In this document: one piece after another, positions 43,291 through 54,267 of the stretch
Layout: the number at the start of each line of letters is the position of its first letter
Numbering within the stretch: position 1 is the first letter of the stretch
DNA from: the human T2T-CHM13v2.0 reference genome, Homo sapiens
Strand: one strand, 5' to 3'
DNA length: 64,000 nucleotides
NCBI RefSeq assembly: GCF_009914755.1
Contig: NC_060926.1
Translations under genes and position numbers: made by a program
Notes under the pieces: generated by a model
The model's database searches: none
The model's input: only the letters and a program-made list of their open reading frames with translations
Told to the model about the DNA's origin: nothing

Positions 43291-44557
43291 GAGAAGGCAA
43301 AACTGTCCACCTCCAACTCTTCTTCCAAAATCCCATACCATAATTGATGTACTTGAGAAGAAGTTCGCTTTAACACAAACATCAGGCAAAGCCCAACTAT
43401 TTAATCATCCCATATAATTAAAAGCTGCTATTAGAAGGATTTAGCTATTTTTTACAGAGGATAGAATTGGCAAGTGCATATTTAGGTTTTGAGAAATAAA
43501 ATATTCCAAGCTTTTGTAAAATACAAGTTTCTTCATACACCCTAAGGAAAAAGCATTTACTGGCCTTTCATAAAATAGGTAAATTATCCTTTCTCTGAGC
43601 CTCTGCTTTGTAGAATAATGCTCCAGCAATCGTCATAACCCCATATCCACCCATATTGTCCTTTCAAGGTCACACTTTCAGGCACTGCCATGAGAATGGA
43701 GAGGAGAGGGAAGAAGCTACTTCTTCCTCTGTCTATGGGCCATAGACACCTGTCCCTGCTTCCCCACACTCAGTCATTCAGCCCTTGGGCCAGTATCAGT
43801 ATACGCACTTTATCTTCATAACAGTGAACTAAAATAAGAAATAAAAATAGCAGGAAAAGATCTCTGTTGGGCACTGATGTAAATGACAGCTAATGTGTTC
43901 CTGCAATCCTCATTTCCTTTTTGTTTTGCCTCTGGAGACTCTTTTTCTCCATCTGCCAGGTGGGAACATCATCTTCAGGATGATGGAAAAGGCAGAAGTA
44001 ATGTGGGTGACTGATAATTTAACAACAGGCAGATTGCAAGGATGACCCAGTATATTAAAAACCAGCTCACCAAGCATAAGGGTATGTGACTTACTTTACA
44101 GAAGACACTTTGCTTTGTAAGCTCTTGTACAGAGGGGGAGATTTTATTTTCACTTCTTTAAGGAAGAGCTTCTTTCCTTGTTTTCTCCCAAGACTAGGAA
44201 TGCTGGATCTGGGCGGGGTAGGTATTGCAGCAGTGTGCAGAGTCTCAGACCATGGTGATGGAAGAGTTGATGTCCTCAGCACATAAAGAGGAGGATTCCT
44301 CACAATAGGAATCTCAACGGACTGCCAGCAATTGCATAGCCAGCTGGTCAGGCTCAGGTTGAGGTACTTGGCTTAACAAGCAAAGTCACTTAATAATGTT
44401 AGAAAAGAACCTTGGGTTAAACCCTGGAAAAGTGAGCTTGCAGGTCTGGGTCTGTTTCCTTATTCAGCAATGGGCAGTAAGAACATAGAGTGATGTCACT
44501 CAGCACATGCCTGGCCCATAACTGTCTTCTTTGATGCCTGTTTTTTTCTGTTTGTAG

Positions 44558-44740
44558 GGCCAAGGAGATCTGTTGAAGAATGCCAAGAATGAAGCTATAG
44601 AAAACATGAAGCAGATCCAGCTGGCATGCCTGTCCTGTGGACTGAGTAAAGCCCCCAGCAGCAGTGCTGAGGCCAAGAGCAAGCGCAGCCTGGAAGCCAT
44701 AGAGGAGAAGGAAAGTAGTGAGGAGAATGGGAAGCTGTGA
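44558..44740 (+). CDS. PLCL1: PLCL1 terminal exon, coding part (60 aa + TGA)
   Basis: Acceptor tttttttctgtttgtag|GGC. Reads GQGDLLKNAKNEAIENMKQIQLACLSCGLSKAPSSSAEAKSKRSLEAIEEKESSEENGKL*, recognised as the PLCL1 C-terminus (PLCL2 differs). Missed by the ORF track. Confidence 0.95.
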   Translation, partial: GQGDLLKNAKNEAIENMKQIQLACLSCGLSKAPSSSAEAKSKRSLEAIEEKESSEENGKL

Positions 44741-44978
44741 CTCTGGGCATTATCGACACGTTCACCCATCTTATCAAGGACTCTGGTTTCTCATTCTTGT
44801 TTTCTTTCTTTAAATGTTTTATAAGTTCACAAAATGGTGCCCTATATGGGGTATTGGACATAGATATTTTCACAATGTCAGTATTTCAGTGTAGTTAATT
44901 TATCTAAATTAAAGCCTTTAGTATCAGTGTTTTAAATTCTGAGACATGTGTCAACACCCCTGTGTGGATGCCTGTGGA

Positions 44979-45021
<43 letters not shown>

Positions 45022-47650
45022 CAGAGAGAGAGAAAGAGAGAGAGAGAGAGAAATTCTGTTAAAATCTATTCTGTGTTGCATTATTCATTTAGTGAGTTAT
45101 TCCTTGATCATTTTGGGACAATTGTTTTAATCTGAAATTCTAAAGAGCACTTACTGTAACCTGTTGCTGTGTTTAATTTGACTTCTCTGCCTTTGACATT
45201 TAATTTAGTGATCTTAGCATAGCTTATTATTGAAGGAAGCCAAATTTATCAAAGCATAGATGTTTTGGTAGATTAAATATAGATTAGAAAAATTCCTAAG
45301 AATCAGAGTAGAAATAAAAGTGAATGAAAGATTAAACAGATGATGAGAATTTCTAAAAAGATTAGCAAGGTCATTTCTTCAGTCAGAAAACTTTAAAAAA
45401 TATTTATTAAATAAAATCAATTTTTAGGAAGTTTTCTGTAGTCATTTACTAAACATATGATTTCACTAGAAAAGCTGATCATAAGTGAATTTATACCTAC
45501 CTGTGTGGTACTCTGAAACACACTGAAAGCTCTGTTGCAATTAGGATTTTGATGTGACAATAATATTGTTGTATAATTTCGAGATTTGTAGGAAGGTCTC
45601 ATTCTTCCAAGCTGAGAGTCTAGCACTCATTTTCTATAACAGATATGGCAGCTTAGAGGTGTTGGCTTTGTTTGGATGTAATTTAGGGTACTAAATTTAA
45701 ATTTAAAGATATTGTTCAAACAATATCATATCATCACATTGAGCTGATATAAATTCTGTGGGTCCGATAATATCTTTGTGATAATTTAAGAGCTAACCAG
45801 TTACCACACATCTATGATATAACCCTAACACACACAGAAAAGCATACATGCAAAAAGAAATGACTAATTAGGGTACATTTATAATTGCATCTAGGTAATT
45901 TTTACCCTAATGTCTTCATAAAGTACTTGAGTGTAATGTTTGTTACCTCCAACAGAACTAAATGTTCTATGGTTATGAAAGAATATATTTATTTAAAGCA
46001 TTGCTTTTATTTTGAAAAGCTTCTTAATTAATTTGATTAACAAATATGCTAATTTGGGGAAACCTAGAGAAGATAATTGTTGAAATTTTGCAAATATAAA
46101 CATCTCCTATAGCTTCTGTGTTATTTCTGACTTCTTAACACTATTATGTTTATGTTGCACATTACTGAAAGAGTAAAGATATGAAAAAAACACTTATTGT
46201 TTTCTTTTATTGTGAATTGAAAAAGCAAAGCTAATGAAAATGGGTTACTACATCAAAAATATCTTAAAGAGTTTGCTATTTCCATGGACCAGATATGATG
46301 AAATTATTCCCTGGGTTTAAAACTGGGCACTCGAGGAGGAGGTACCTGAAGTCATTTGAAGGCAAGTTTCCAATGATGCTACAATGGCCTGAAAAAATTT
46401 CTTTACCCTCTGTTATATTTAACTTGCTGGTAGGAGGAATAGTGGAATGCAGGTGTTAAGCCCTTTGTGGTGAAAAAGAGGTTCTATAGACAGAAACAAA
46501 ACCCACCTTACATCAGCTGATTGGTTGATTTTACTAGTGTACCTCTTCATCTACTTGAATTCTATTTGGTAAATCCATGTCTTTACTGGATATACAGTTA
46601 GGTGGGAAGAGGAGATAAAGGATGACAAACTCTCAAACAATATTTATACATTTATTTACTCCAGGGTCAAATCCAATCCTTGGAAGTAGCTTCTCTAGTT
46701 TATTTTATTTGTCCCAGAGCTCTACTCACACTTAGGACCCACCCAAAAATTCTCAAAAACGTAATATGGATTCTGCCTCATCTGATGCTATTTCTGGCAG
46801 TGGGTTGTCAGCCATACTCTGCTTCATTCCACTGGGTGTCCTTGCTAGATGGGGAGTGAGATGTGGAGCAGGGAGGAGCTTTGGATTCTGGGAGTGGAGG
46901 TGGCAAGGGAAAAGTCTCCTAGTCTCCTGTGATGTTCCTGCCTCCAGATAGAATAGCAAAAACAAACAATTTTTTTTTGTGTATTATGCCTCCATGACAT
47001 TGTTACATTCTATGAGGAGCATCTGTCTCCTTTCTAGACTTGAACTGTGGTAGAAAAAGCCCCCTTCTCTCTTCTATCTACTTAGATTTGGTGATGCTAG
47101 GAATGTAGTGTTTTAGATATTAATTCTATTTTTATTTATTCATTTTTACATCACCAATAGGATCTGAGGTGGAGATGGCGGGTATTATCACTGGCATTTT
47201 ACAGGTGAGAAAGCCCAAAGCCACTGAGGTAATTAATGGAATAATTGATTTTGAACTTGGGTCTGTCTGATTTCATGTGCAAGATTATATACTTAGTGAT
47301 TTTGATTTTAAGTTTATTCTTAACATTTTAAACCAGACTATTAACTCTTACCTTTATAACCACAGATACAAAGAACTGTATCATTTATTTTCTGAATATA
47401 AAATATTAATGGTCAATATAAAAATACAAAAATAGAGAACTACATACAACAGAAAAGCAAAATTACCCACTAATAACACTTTGATTTATATCCCTTTAGA
47501 CACTGTTTAGAGTTTATACATATATGTAAATATGCTTGTATTTTAACAAAATTGAGATATTATATAAACTGTTTGTAGCAGGGTGTTTAAAATTTTAACA
47601 ATATGTTATGGATATCTTTCTGTGTCAATAAATGTGTATTTACATTAGAG
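44741..47650 (+). other. PLCL1: PLCL1 3' UTR (end inferred)
   Basis: AU-rich, mostly repeat-poor sequence after the TGA, with AUUUA clusters and a Pumilio-type TGTAAATA at 47525-47532. The end is inferred from AATAAA at 47627. Confidence 0.7.
44982..45051 (+). repeat. (GT)19 + (AG)n compound microsatellite in the PLCL1 3' UTR
   Basis: Read directly from the sequence; lies ~240 nt after the stop codon. Confidence 0.95.
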
Positions 47651-47700
47651 TTCCAAGCATTTGAACTGAATCTAGTCCAAAAATGATGTGTTTTATTTGG
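47627..47700 (+). terminator. Probable distal poly(A) signal (AATAAA 47627-47632) with downstream GT/T-rich element
   Basis: gtcAATAAAtgtgtatttacatta followed by gatgtgttttatttgg. Proximal AATAAA hexamers also occur at 45313 and 45410. Confidence 0.6.
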
Positions 47701-47990
47701 CCATTGAACATTTTTTAAAAAAATCTTTAAGCAATAGACAGCTTTTGAAATTCAGAAAATGTTACGTACAATTCAATGTCCTGCATGTTTTAAAATACTG
47801 GATAATCTAACAACACAGAACACCTCCCACTCCCCACCTCACAACCACCACACATATACTTTCTTGCTTGGCATCAGTTAATTGAAACTGCCCTCTCCAA
47901 AAGGGGCATATGCTGTCCAATTTTCTAGAGAGCCTTTTCATTCATTTATGTTACATCTGGACCTTAAGGACATGATAGGTGGTGAAACTT
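47648..47990 (-). mobile_element. MER102-like hAT-Charlie element
   Basis: gatgtgttttatttggcc…ggggcatatgctgtccaattt…ttcatttatgttacatctgg resembles reverse-complement MER102. Confidence 0.55.
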
Positions 47991-48007
47991 GATGAAAATT
48001 ATCATTT

Positions 48008-48103
48008 ATTGAGAGGCCAAAATGAGAGAATTGCTTGAGGCTGGGAATTGAGACTAGCCTGGGAAACATAGTAAGACCTTGTCTTTAAAAAATAAAAAAA
48101 AAT
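48008..48103 (+). mobile_element. FLAM/Alu left-monomer fragment
   Basis: gaggccaa…gaattgcttgagg…gactagcctgggaaacatagtaagacc…A tail. Confidence 0.75.
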
Positions 48104-48559
48104 TAATGGTCATTTATAATAATTATACAGTATCTTATTATATGGCTTACCAGAATATATTTAACCAATCTCCTATTGCTAGATTTTACTCACCTAATTT
48201 CTTGTTATATAAACATTCCAATAATAAAATCCATTTTTGCAAAGTTGTTCAACTTTTTCTTTGGGATACATTTCTAGAAGTGGAATTGTTGGGTCAAAGG
48301 ATACAGAGATTTTTTGTTTTGTTTCATTTTTGTTTTTTAGGGATTTTGAGATACATTGCCAAATAGTCTCAGGAAAACTTGTTCAATTTAAAACCCCACC
48401 AGGAGTTTATGAGAGTGCTTAAATCTTTGCTAATGATAAATTTAATTTTTCTTATTTTCATCTTTGCCAATCTTCTAAGTTACAAAAATCTTATTTCTCT
48501 TTATCTTTAATCTCTAATGAGATTGGATGCATATTAATATGTTCATTGACTCTAAATAA

Positions 48560-49570
48560 TCTAATTAAAAGTAAAAACTTTTGTACTCCAAAGGATACTA
48601 CCAAGAAAGTGAAAATAGAACCCACAGAACAGGTTTGCAGGTCATATATCTGATAGAGACTGGCAACCAAAATTTATAAAGAACTATTACAACTTAATAA
48701 AAAGAAAACCAAATTTTTAAAAACTGGTCAAAGGATTGGAATAGACTTTTCTTCCAAGAAAATATGCAAACAGGAAATAAGCACATAGAAACGTGCTGAA
48801 GATCGTTAACCACTAAGATCACATAAATCATAGCCACAATTAGATATGACTTCACACCAAATAGGTTGGCTATAATAAAAAAGACAGATAATAACAAGTG
48901 TTAGTGAGGATGTGGAGAAATTGGAACCATCCTACCCTGCTGGTGGAAATGTAAAATATTTCAGCTGCTTTGGAAAACAGCTTGGCACTTCCTCAAAAGG
49001 TTAAAAAAACATGGAGTTACCATATGACCCAGCAATTCTACTCTTAGATTTCTACCCAAGAGAAATGAAAATATATGTCCACACAAAAGCTTGTACACAA
49101 ATGTTTGTGGCAGCATTTTTTATAATAGTCAAAAGTAGAAACAATCCAAATGTCTATCAACTCATGAAAGGATAAATAAAAATTACATATTCATACATTG
49201 GATTGTTCAACAATAAAAGAAATGAAGTACTGATACATGCTACAAGAGTATACCTTGAAAGCATTATTCTAAGTGAAGGAAATCAGGCACAAAGGCCACA
49301 TGTTGTACCGTTCCATTTTTATAAAATATCCAGAATAGGCAAATCAGTAGAGATAGAAAGTAGACTAATGGTTGCCAGTGGCTGTGGGGGTCTGGGAGTG
49401 ACTGCTAATGGGTATGAGTTTTCTTATTGGTGTGATGAAAATGTTCTGGAATTAGAAATAATGATGATGTTTGTTTACATAATTTGTGAATGTACTAAAA
49501 GCTATTTAATTGTATATTTTAAAGAGTGAATTTTATGGTATGTAAATTATCTCAGTAAAAGGGTTATAAA
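48560..49570 (+). mobile_element. L1MB-type 3' end
   Basis: ccatatgacccagcaattc…gtactgatacatgctacaa…aggcaaatcagtagagatagaaagtagactaatggttgcc. Confidence 0.85.
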
Positions 49571-49782
49571 AGGAGAAATAAAAAGAATTTAAACAATGAA
49601 CAGGGTATTAGAGAATAGTGAAATAGCTTCAAGAATCTAATATGTATGAAACTGGAGAGAAGAGCAGGAAAGAAAAATAATTTGAAGAAATAATGGCTAA
49701 AAATTTCTCATTTGTAATGAAAACTATAACCTCCAGATCCAAGTGTCTCAAAAATTCCAAGGACAAGAAACATGAGAAAAAC

Positions 49783-50156
49783 AAGTTAGTCTGTTTTCTG
49801 CTGCTGTAATAGAATGCCACAGATTGTGTAATTTACAAAGAAAAGAAGTTTATTTGGTTTACAGTTCTGGAGGCTGAGAAGTCCAAGAGCATGGCTTTGG
49901 CATCTGGTGAGTGTAATTCCATGCCAGAAGGGCAAAAGGTGGAAGGTCAAGAGAGCCCATATGAAGGAGGTTTTGCTATTATAACAAAGCCACCTCCTCT
50001 ACAACTACCCCACTCCGATGACAACACCTTTCATGAGGGTGGAGCTCTCATGACCCAATTACCTCTTACTTGGCCCCACTTCCCAACACTCTGGCATAGG
50101 GAGTCCAATTAAGTTTCCAACACATGAGTTTTGGTGACACCTTCAAACCATTGCAA
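49783..50156 (-). mobile_element. MSTC-like MaLR solo LTR
   Basis: ttagtctgttttctgctgctgtaatagaatgccacag…cagttctggaggctgagaagtccaagagcatgg…caaaccattgca. Confidence 0.75.
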
Positions 50157-50575
50157 CAACCAAGGCATATTGTAGCCAAATAGTTCAAAAGTAGTGATAA
50201 TGAGATAATCTTAAAAGCAGCCAGTAAAAAAAGACATGTACAGAGAAAATAAGAAAGACAGCGTATGTCTTATTGTAAACTGTGCAGATGAGATGCCGGT
50301 GGAGCAACTTCTTTAAAGTATTGAAAACAAAGCAAAAACTGTAATCCTGGAATTCTATACCCAGTAAAAATGAATTCTAGAATTCTATACCTATTCAAAA
50401 ATGAAGGTTATACAAAAAAATTTTCAAAAGCTCAATTCATCACCAGTAGACTTACATTATAAGAAATGTTAAAGGAAATCCTTCAGGCTGAAGGAAAATG
50501 ATGCCAGGTCAAAATATGGATGTACAAAAACAGATGAAGAGAGAGAGCTAGAAATAGTAACTGCAGGGATAAATA

Positions 50576-50921
50576 TAGCTGGCCCTTTGTATCTAGGGGT
50601 TCTGCATCTGTGGATTCAACCAACAATGGATTAAAAATACTTAAAAACTGATAAAAATAACAATACAAAATTAAATACAAATAAAAATACAGTACAATTA
50701 TTTATATAGCATTTACATTTAATTGGGTATTATGAGTAATCTAGGGATAATTTAAGGTATACAGGAAGATGCATAAAGATTATATGCAAACACTATGTTA
50801 TTTTATGAAAAAGACTTGAACATCTATGGATTTTGGTATTTGCAAGGGGTGAATGGGGTATTTGCAAGCAGTGAATGAGGAGGCCTGGAACCAATCTTCT
50901 GCTGATATTGAGGCACAACTG
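50576..50921 (-). mobile_element. MER2 (TcMar-Tigger) MITE
   Basis: ggccctttgtatc…ggttctgcatctgtggattcaaccaac…cctggaaccaatc…gatattgaggcacaactg. Confidence 0.82.
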
Positions 50922-52586
50922 AAAAAGGTATATTACTTAAATCTCTTATTGTATTGTAAACTGTATAAGTAATGAAATTAAAAGGCAGAAATTGTCAGAC
51001 TGAATAAAATGAAAAGACCAAACAATATGCTGCTTACAAGAAACACAATTCAAATATAAGGACACAATTAGTTTAAAGGAAAAGAACTGGAAAAGATATA
51101 CCATGATAACACAAGTCAGAAGAAAGCTGCTGTGGATATATTAATATGAGATGTAGATTTCAGAGCAGTGAATATTGCCAGGCATAAAGAAAGTTATTAC
51201 ATAATAATTAAGGTATCAGTTCATCAAGAAGATGTAATAACCCTAAGTATTTATACAACTAATATCAGAGCTTCAAAATACATGAAGCAAAAACCAGTGG
51301 AATTGATAGGAGAAACACACAATTACACAATTATAGTCAGAATTTTCAACATATCTTTCTCAATGGAGAAAACAACTAGACAGGAAATCATTAAGGATAT
51401 AGATGATTTAAATTATATGATCAACTACCTGGACGTAATTGGCATTTATGGAACACTGCACCACCAACAGCAGAGTACATATTATTTTCAAGTACACAGA
51501 AAACAGTTACCAATATAGACCATTTTCTGGGTCATAAAACACATCTCAATAAATGTAAAACAATTAATGTTATATAAAGTATGTGCTCTGACCACAAAGG
51601 AATTAGAGATCAATAAAAGAAACATCTTTGAAAAATCTCAACATATTTAAAAACTAAATAACTCACTTCTAAATAACTCCTGTATCAAAGAAGAAATTAA
51701 AAAGGAAATTAGAAAGTACTTTGAATTTAAGTGTCAAAACATCCAAATTCATGGGATAACACTAACACTAAGCAAATTTATAGCAGTTAACACATGTATT
51801 AGAAAAAAAGAAATTTCTCAAACCAAAGACTTCCATTTTCATCTTAAGAAACTAGAAAAAAAAAGAGAAAATTAAGTTCAAAGTAGAAAAAAGAGAATAA
51901 AGATTAGAGTAGAAATCAATAAGATAGAAAACAATAGAGAAAATCAATAAAACAAAAAGGTTGAATTTTTGGGAAGATCAATAAAATTAATAAACCTCTA
52001 GTCAAACAAGGAAAAAAGGAACACTCAAATTACCAATATCAAGGTAAGATCAGACATCATTTCAATATTGAATCAAAAAAACGAGTGAGAATACATCACT
52101 CCAAATTTTAAGGATATTAAAGGATAGTAGGCAAACATTATGAAGACTTTCTGCTGATAAATTCTACAACTTCAGTGAAATGGGCAAATTCCTTAAAAGA
52201 CACAAATTGCCAAATCTCAAAATGATGAGTTAAATAACTTGGACAAAAAGTACATGCTGTATGTCCAGTAACATACATTTCTGGAAGCACAAACTAATGA
52301 ATAGTAACAAAAAGTAGATAAGTGGTTACCTGGGGTCAGTGTGGAATGGGGAGTGTGAGATTACAAAGTGGATAAGGACATATTTGGGAATAATATATGT
52401 GCTCATTATCCTGATTGTGGTGGTGTTTTCACATGTTAGACATATGTCAAAATTTAAATTGTATACTTTGAATATGTGCAGTTTGTTTTATGGAATTATA
52501 TCTCAATAAAGCTCTTAGAAATACATAGGAGCACCTCTCAGTTAATAATTTTAAGGCAGCTTTTAAAAAATATAATAGTTGAATTT

Positions 52587-52895
52587 GTCTGGGTGCAGTG
52601 GCTCACGCCTGTAATCCCAGCACTTTGGGAGGCTGAGGCAGGCAGATTGCCTGAGCTCGGGAGTTTGAAATTAGCCTGGGCAACATGGCAAAACCCTGTT
52701 TCTACTAAAACTACAAAAAAAAAAAAAATAAGTCGGGCTTGGTGGCAGCCACCTTTAATCCCAGCCACCCGGGAGGCTGAGGCAGGCGAATCACTTGAAC
52801 CGGGAGGCAGAGGTTGCAGTGAGCCAAGATCATGCTACTGCACTCCAGCCTGGGTGACAGAGTAAGACTGGTCTCAAAAAAAAAAAAAAAAAAAG
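52587..52895 (+). mobile_element. AluS, full length, TSD ATAGTTGAATTT
   Basis: Dimeric Alu with A tail; TSD at 52575-52586 and 52896-52907. Confidence 0.93.
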
Positions 52896-53461
52896 ATAGT
52901 TGAATTTTTCTTTTGTCTTGGAATTAGTGAATTCATAGATTGAGCTTTTTTCAGTTTATAGATGTTTTCTTTTTCAAATTTTTATTTTTTTTTGCATGTG
53001 CAGTGTGCATGTATGTTTGTGTTTGGAAATTAGAAACACACACTCATACATGCACACAGCACACACATGGAAATATATAAGAATATGAAATATTTGCTTT
53101 TGTTGCAGCTGCTCTGGATTCTTTGGGAACAGCTTTGGCCATATCATCATTATATCCTTTCCCTCATCTTTAATCATGTTAATTTTCTTCACTTTTCTTT
53201 GAATCATGGGACGTATTCTTGTACCTTTCCTATACAACAAAAATTCAACTTTATACCCTTTTCCTTTATAGTACTTGACCACATTTTGCATGTCAAAGCA
53301 TTTCTTATTTATCTCCTCATCCAGCTCCTTCTTTTTTCTTATGATTGATTGTCTGAAAATTACATCTTTAATAGTTAACATTTACTATGTCTTCTATATG
53401 TGAAGTACTGTGTTCAATGCTTACATGCATAATCTTGCTTAGTTCTCAATACAGCCTTAGA

Positions 53462-54247
53462 GGCCAGGTGTGGTGGCTCATGCCTGTAATTCCAGCACTT
53501 TGGGAGGTCAAGATGGGAAGATTGATTGCTTGAGCCCAGGAATTCAAGACCAGCCTAGGTAACATAGTGAGACCCTATATCTATAAGAAATAAAAACAAT
53601 TAGCCATGCATGGTGGTGCACACCTGTAGTTCCAGCTACTCAGGAGGCTGAGGTGGGAGGATTGCTTGAGCCTGGGAGATCAAGGCTGCAGTGAGCATGA
53701 TTGCACCACTGCATTCTAGCCTGGGCAACAGAGTGAGACCCTTGTGAAAGGAAAATATCTTGGGCCCCCCAAATCACTAAGGAAAACTCAAGCTGGAAAC
53801 TGCTTAGGGCAAACCTGCCTTCCATTCTATTCAAAGTCACCCCTCTGCTCACTGAGATAGATGTTTATCTGATTGCCTCCTTTGGAAAGACTAATCAGAA
53901 ACTCAAAAGAATGTAACCATTTGTGTATCACCTATCTGTGACCTGGAAGCTCCCTCCCTGCTTCCAGCCTTCCTGCCTTTGCTTCAAGTTGTCCTGCCTT
54001 TCCAGACCAAACCAATGTACTGCTTACATATATTGATTGATGTCTCATGTCTCCTTAAAATGTATAAAACCAAGCTGTGACCTGACCACCTTGAGCACAT
54101 GTCCTTAGGACTTCCTGAGGCTGTATCATGGGTGCATCCTCAATGTTGGCAAAATAAACATTCTGAATTAACTGAGACCTGTCTCAGATTTTCTGCATTC
54201 GTATTCTGTTTCAAAAACAAAAAAAAGAACAAAAACAAAAACAAAAG
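53462..54247 (+). mobile_element. AluJ whose 3' end is split by a MER4A1-like LTR
   Basis: Alu body 53462-53742 ends at gagaccct and resumes as gtttcaaaaac… at ~54208; degenerate TSD cagccttaga/caatcttaga. Confidence 0.85.
53743..54203 (+). mobile_element. MER4A1-like ERV1 solo LTR
   Basis: tgtgaaaggaaaatatcttgggcccccc…aagctggaaactgcttagggcaaacc…ggcaaaataaac…actgagacctgtctcag. Confidence 0.82.
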
Positions 54248-54267
54248 CAATCTTAGAGGTTGGTATT

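Larger units (their letters stand above)
47380..48550 (-). mobile_element. Ancient L1M (L1MC/ME-like) fragment, split by MER102-like and FLAM inserts
   Basis: aacaatatgttatggatatctttctgtgtcaataaat … tttaaccaatctcctattg … tttctagaagtggaattgttgggtcaaagg is collinear with an antisense L1M 3' region. Confidence 0.55.
49571..52240 (+). mobile_element. Old L1M ORF1 / ORF2-endonuclease region, interrupted by an MST LTR and MER2
   Basis: Degenerate endonuclease peptide (…VSVHQEDVITLSIYTTNIRASKYMKQK…) and ORF1-like tttgaagaaataatggctaaaaatttc. Confidence 0.75.

Noticed and set aside
44500-44873. Minus-strand ORFs with a signal-peptide-like stretch (MASRLRLLLASALLLGALL)
   Set aside because: They are antisense to the PLCL1 terminal exon; the Leu-richness comes from complementing Ser/Lys/Glu codons.
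52974-53381. 135-aa Lys-rich minus-strand ORF
   Set aside because: Non-ATG start, low-complexity composition and no recognisable family; likely chance or an old LINE remnant.
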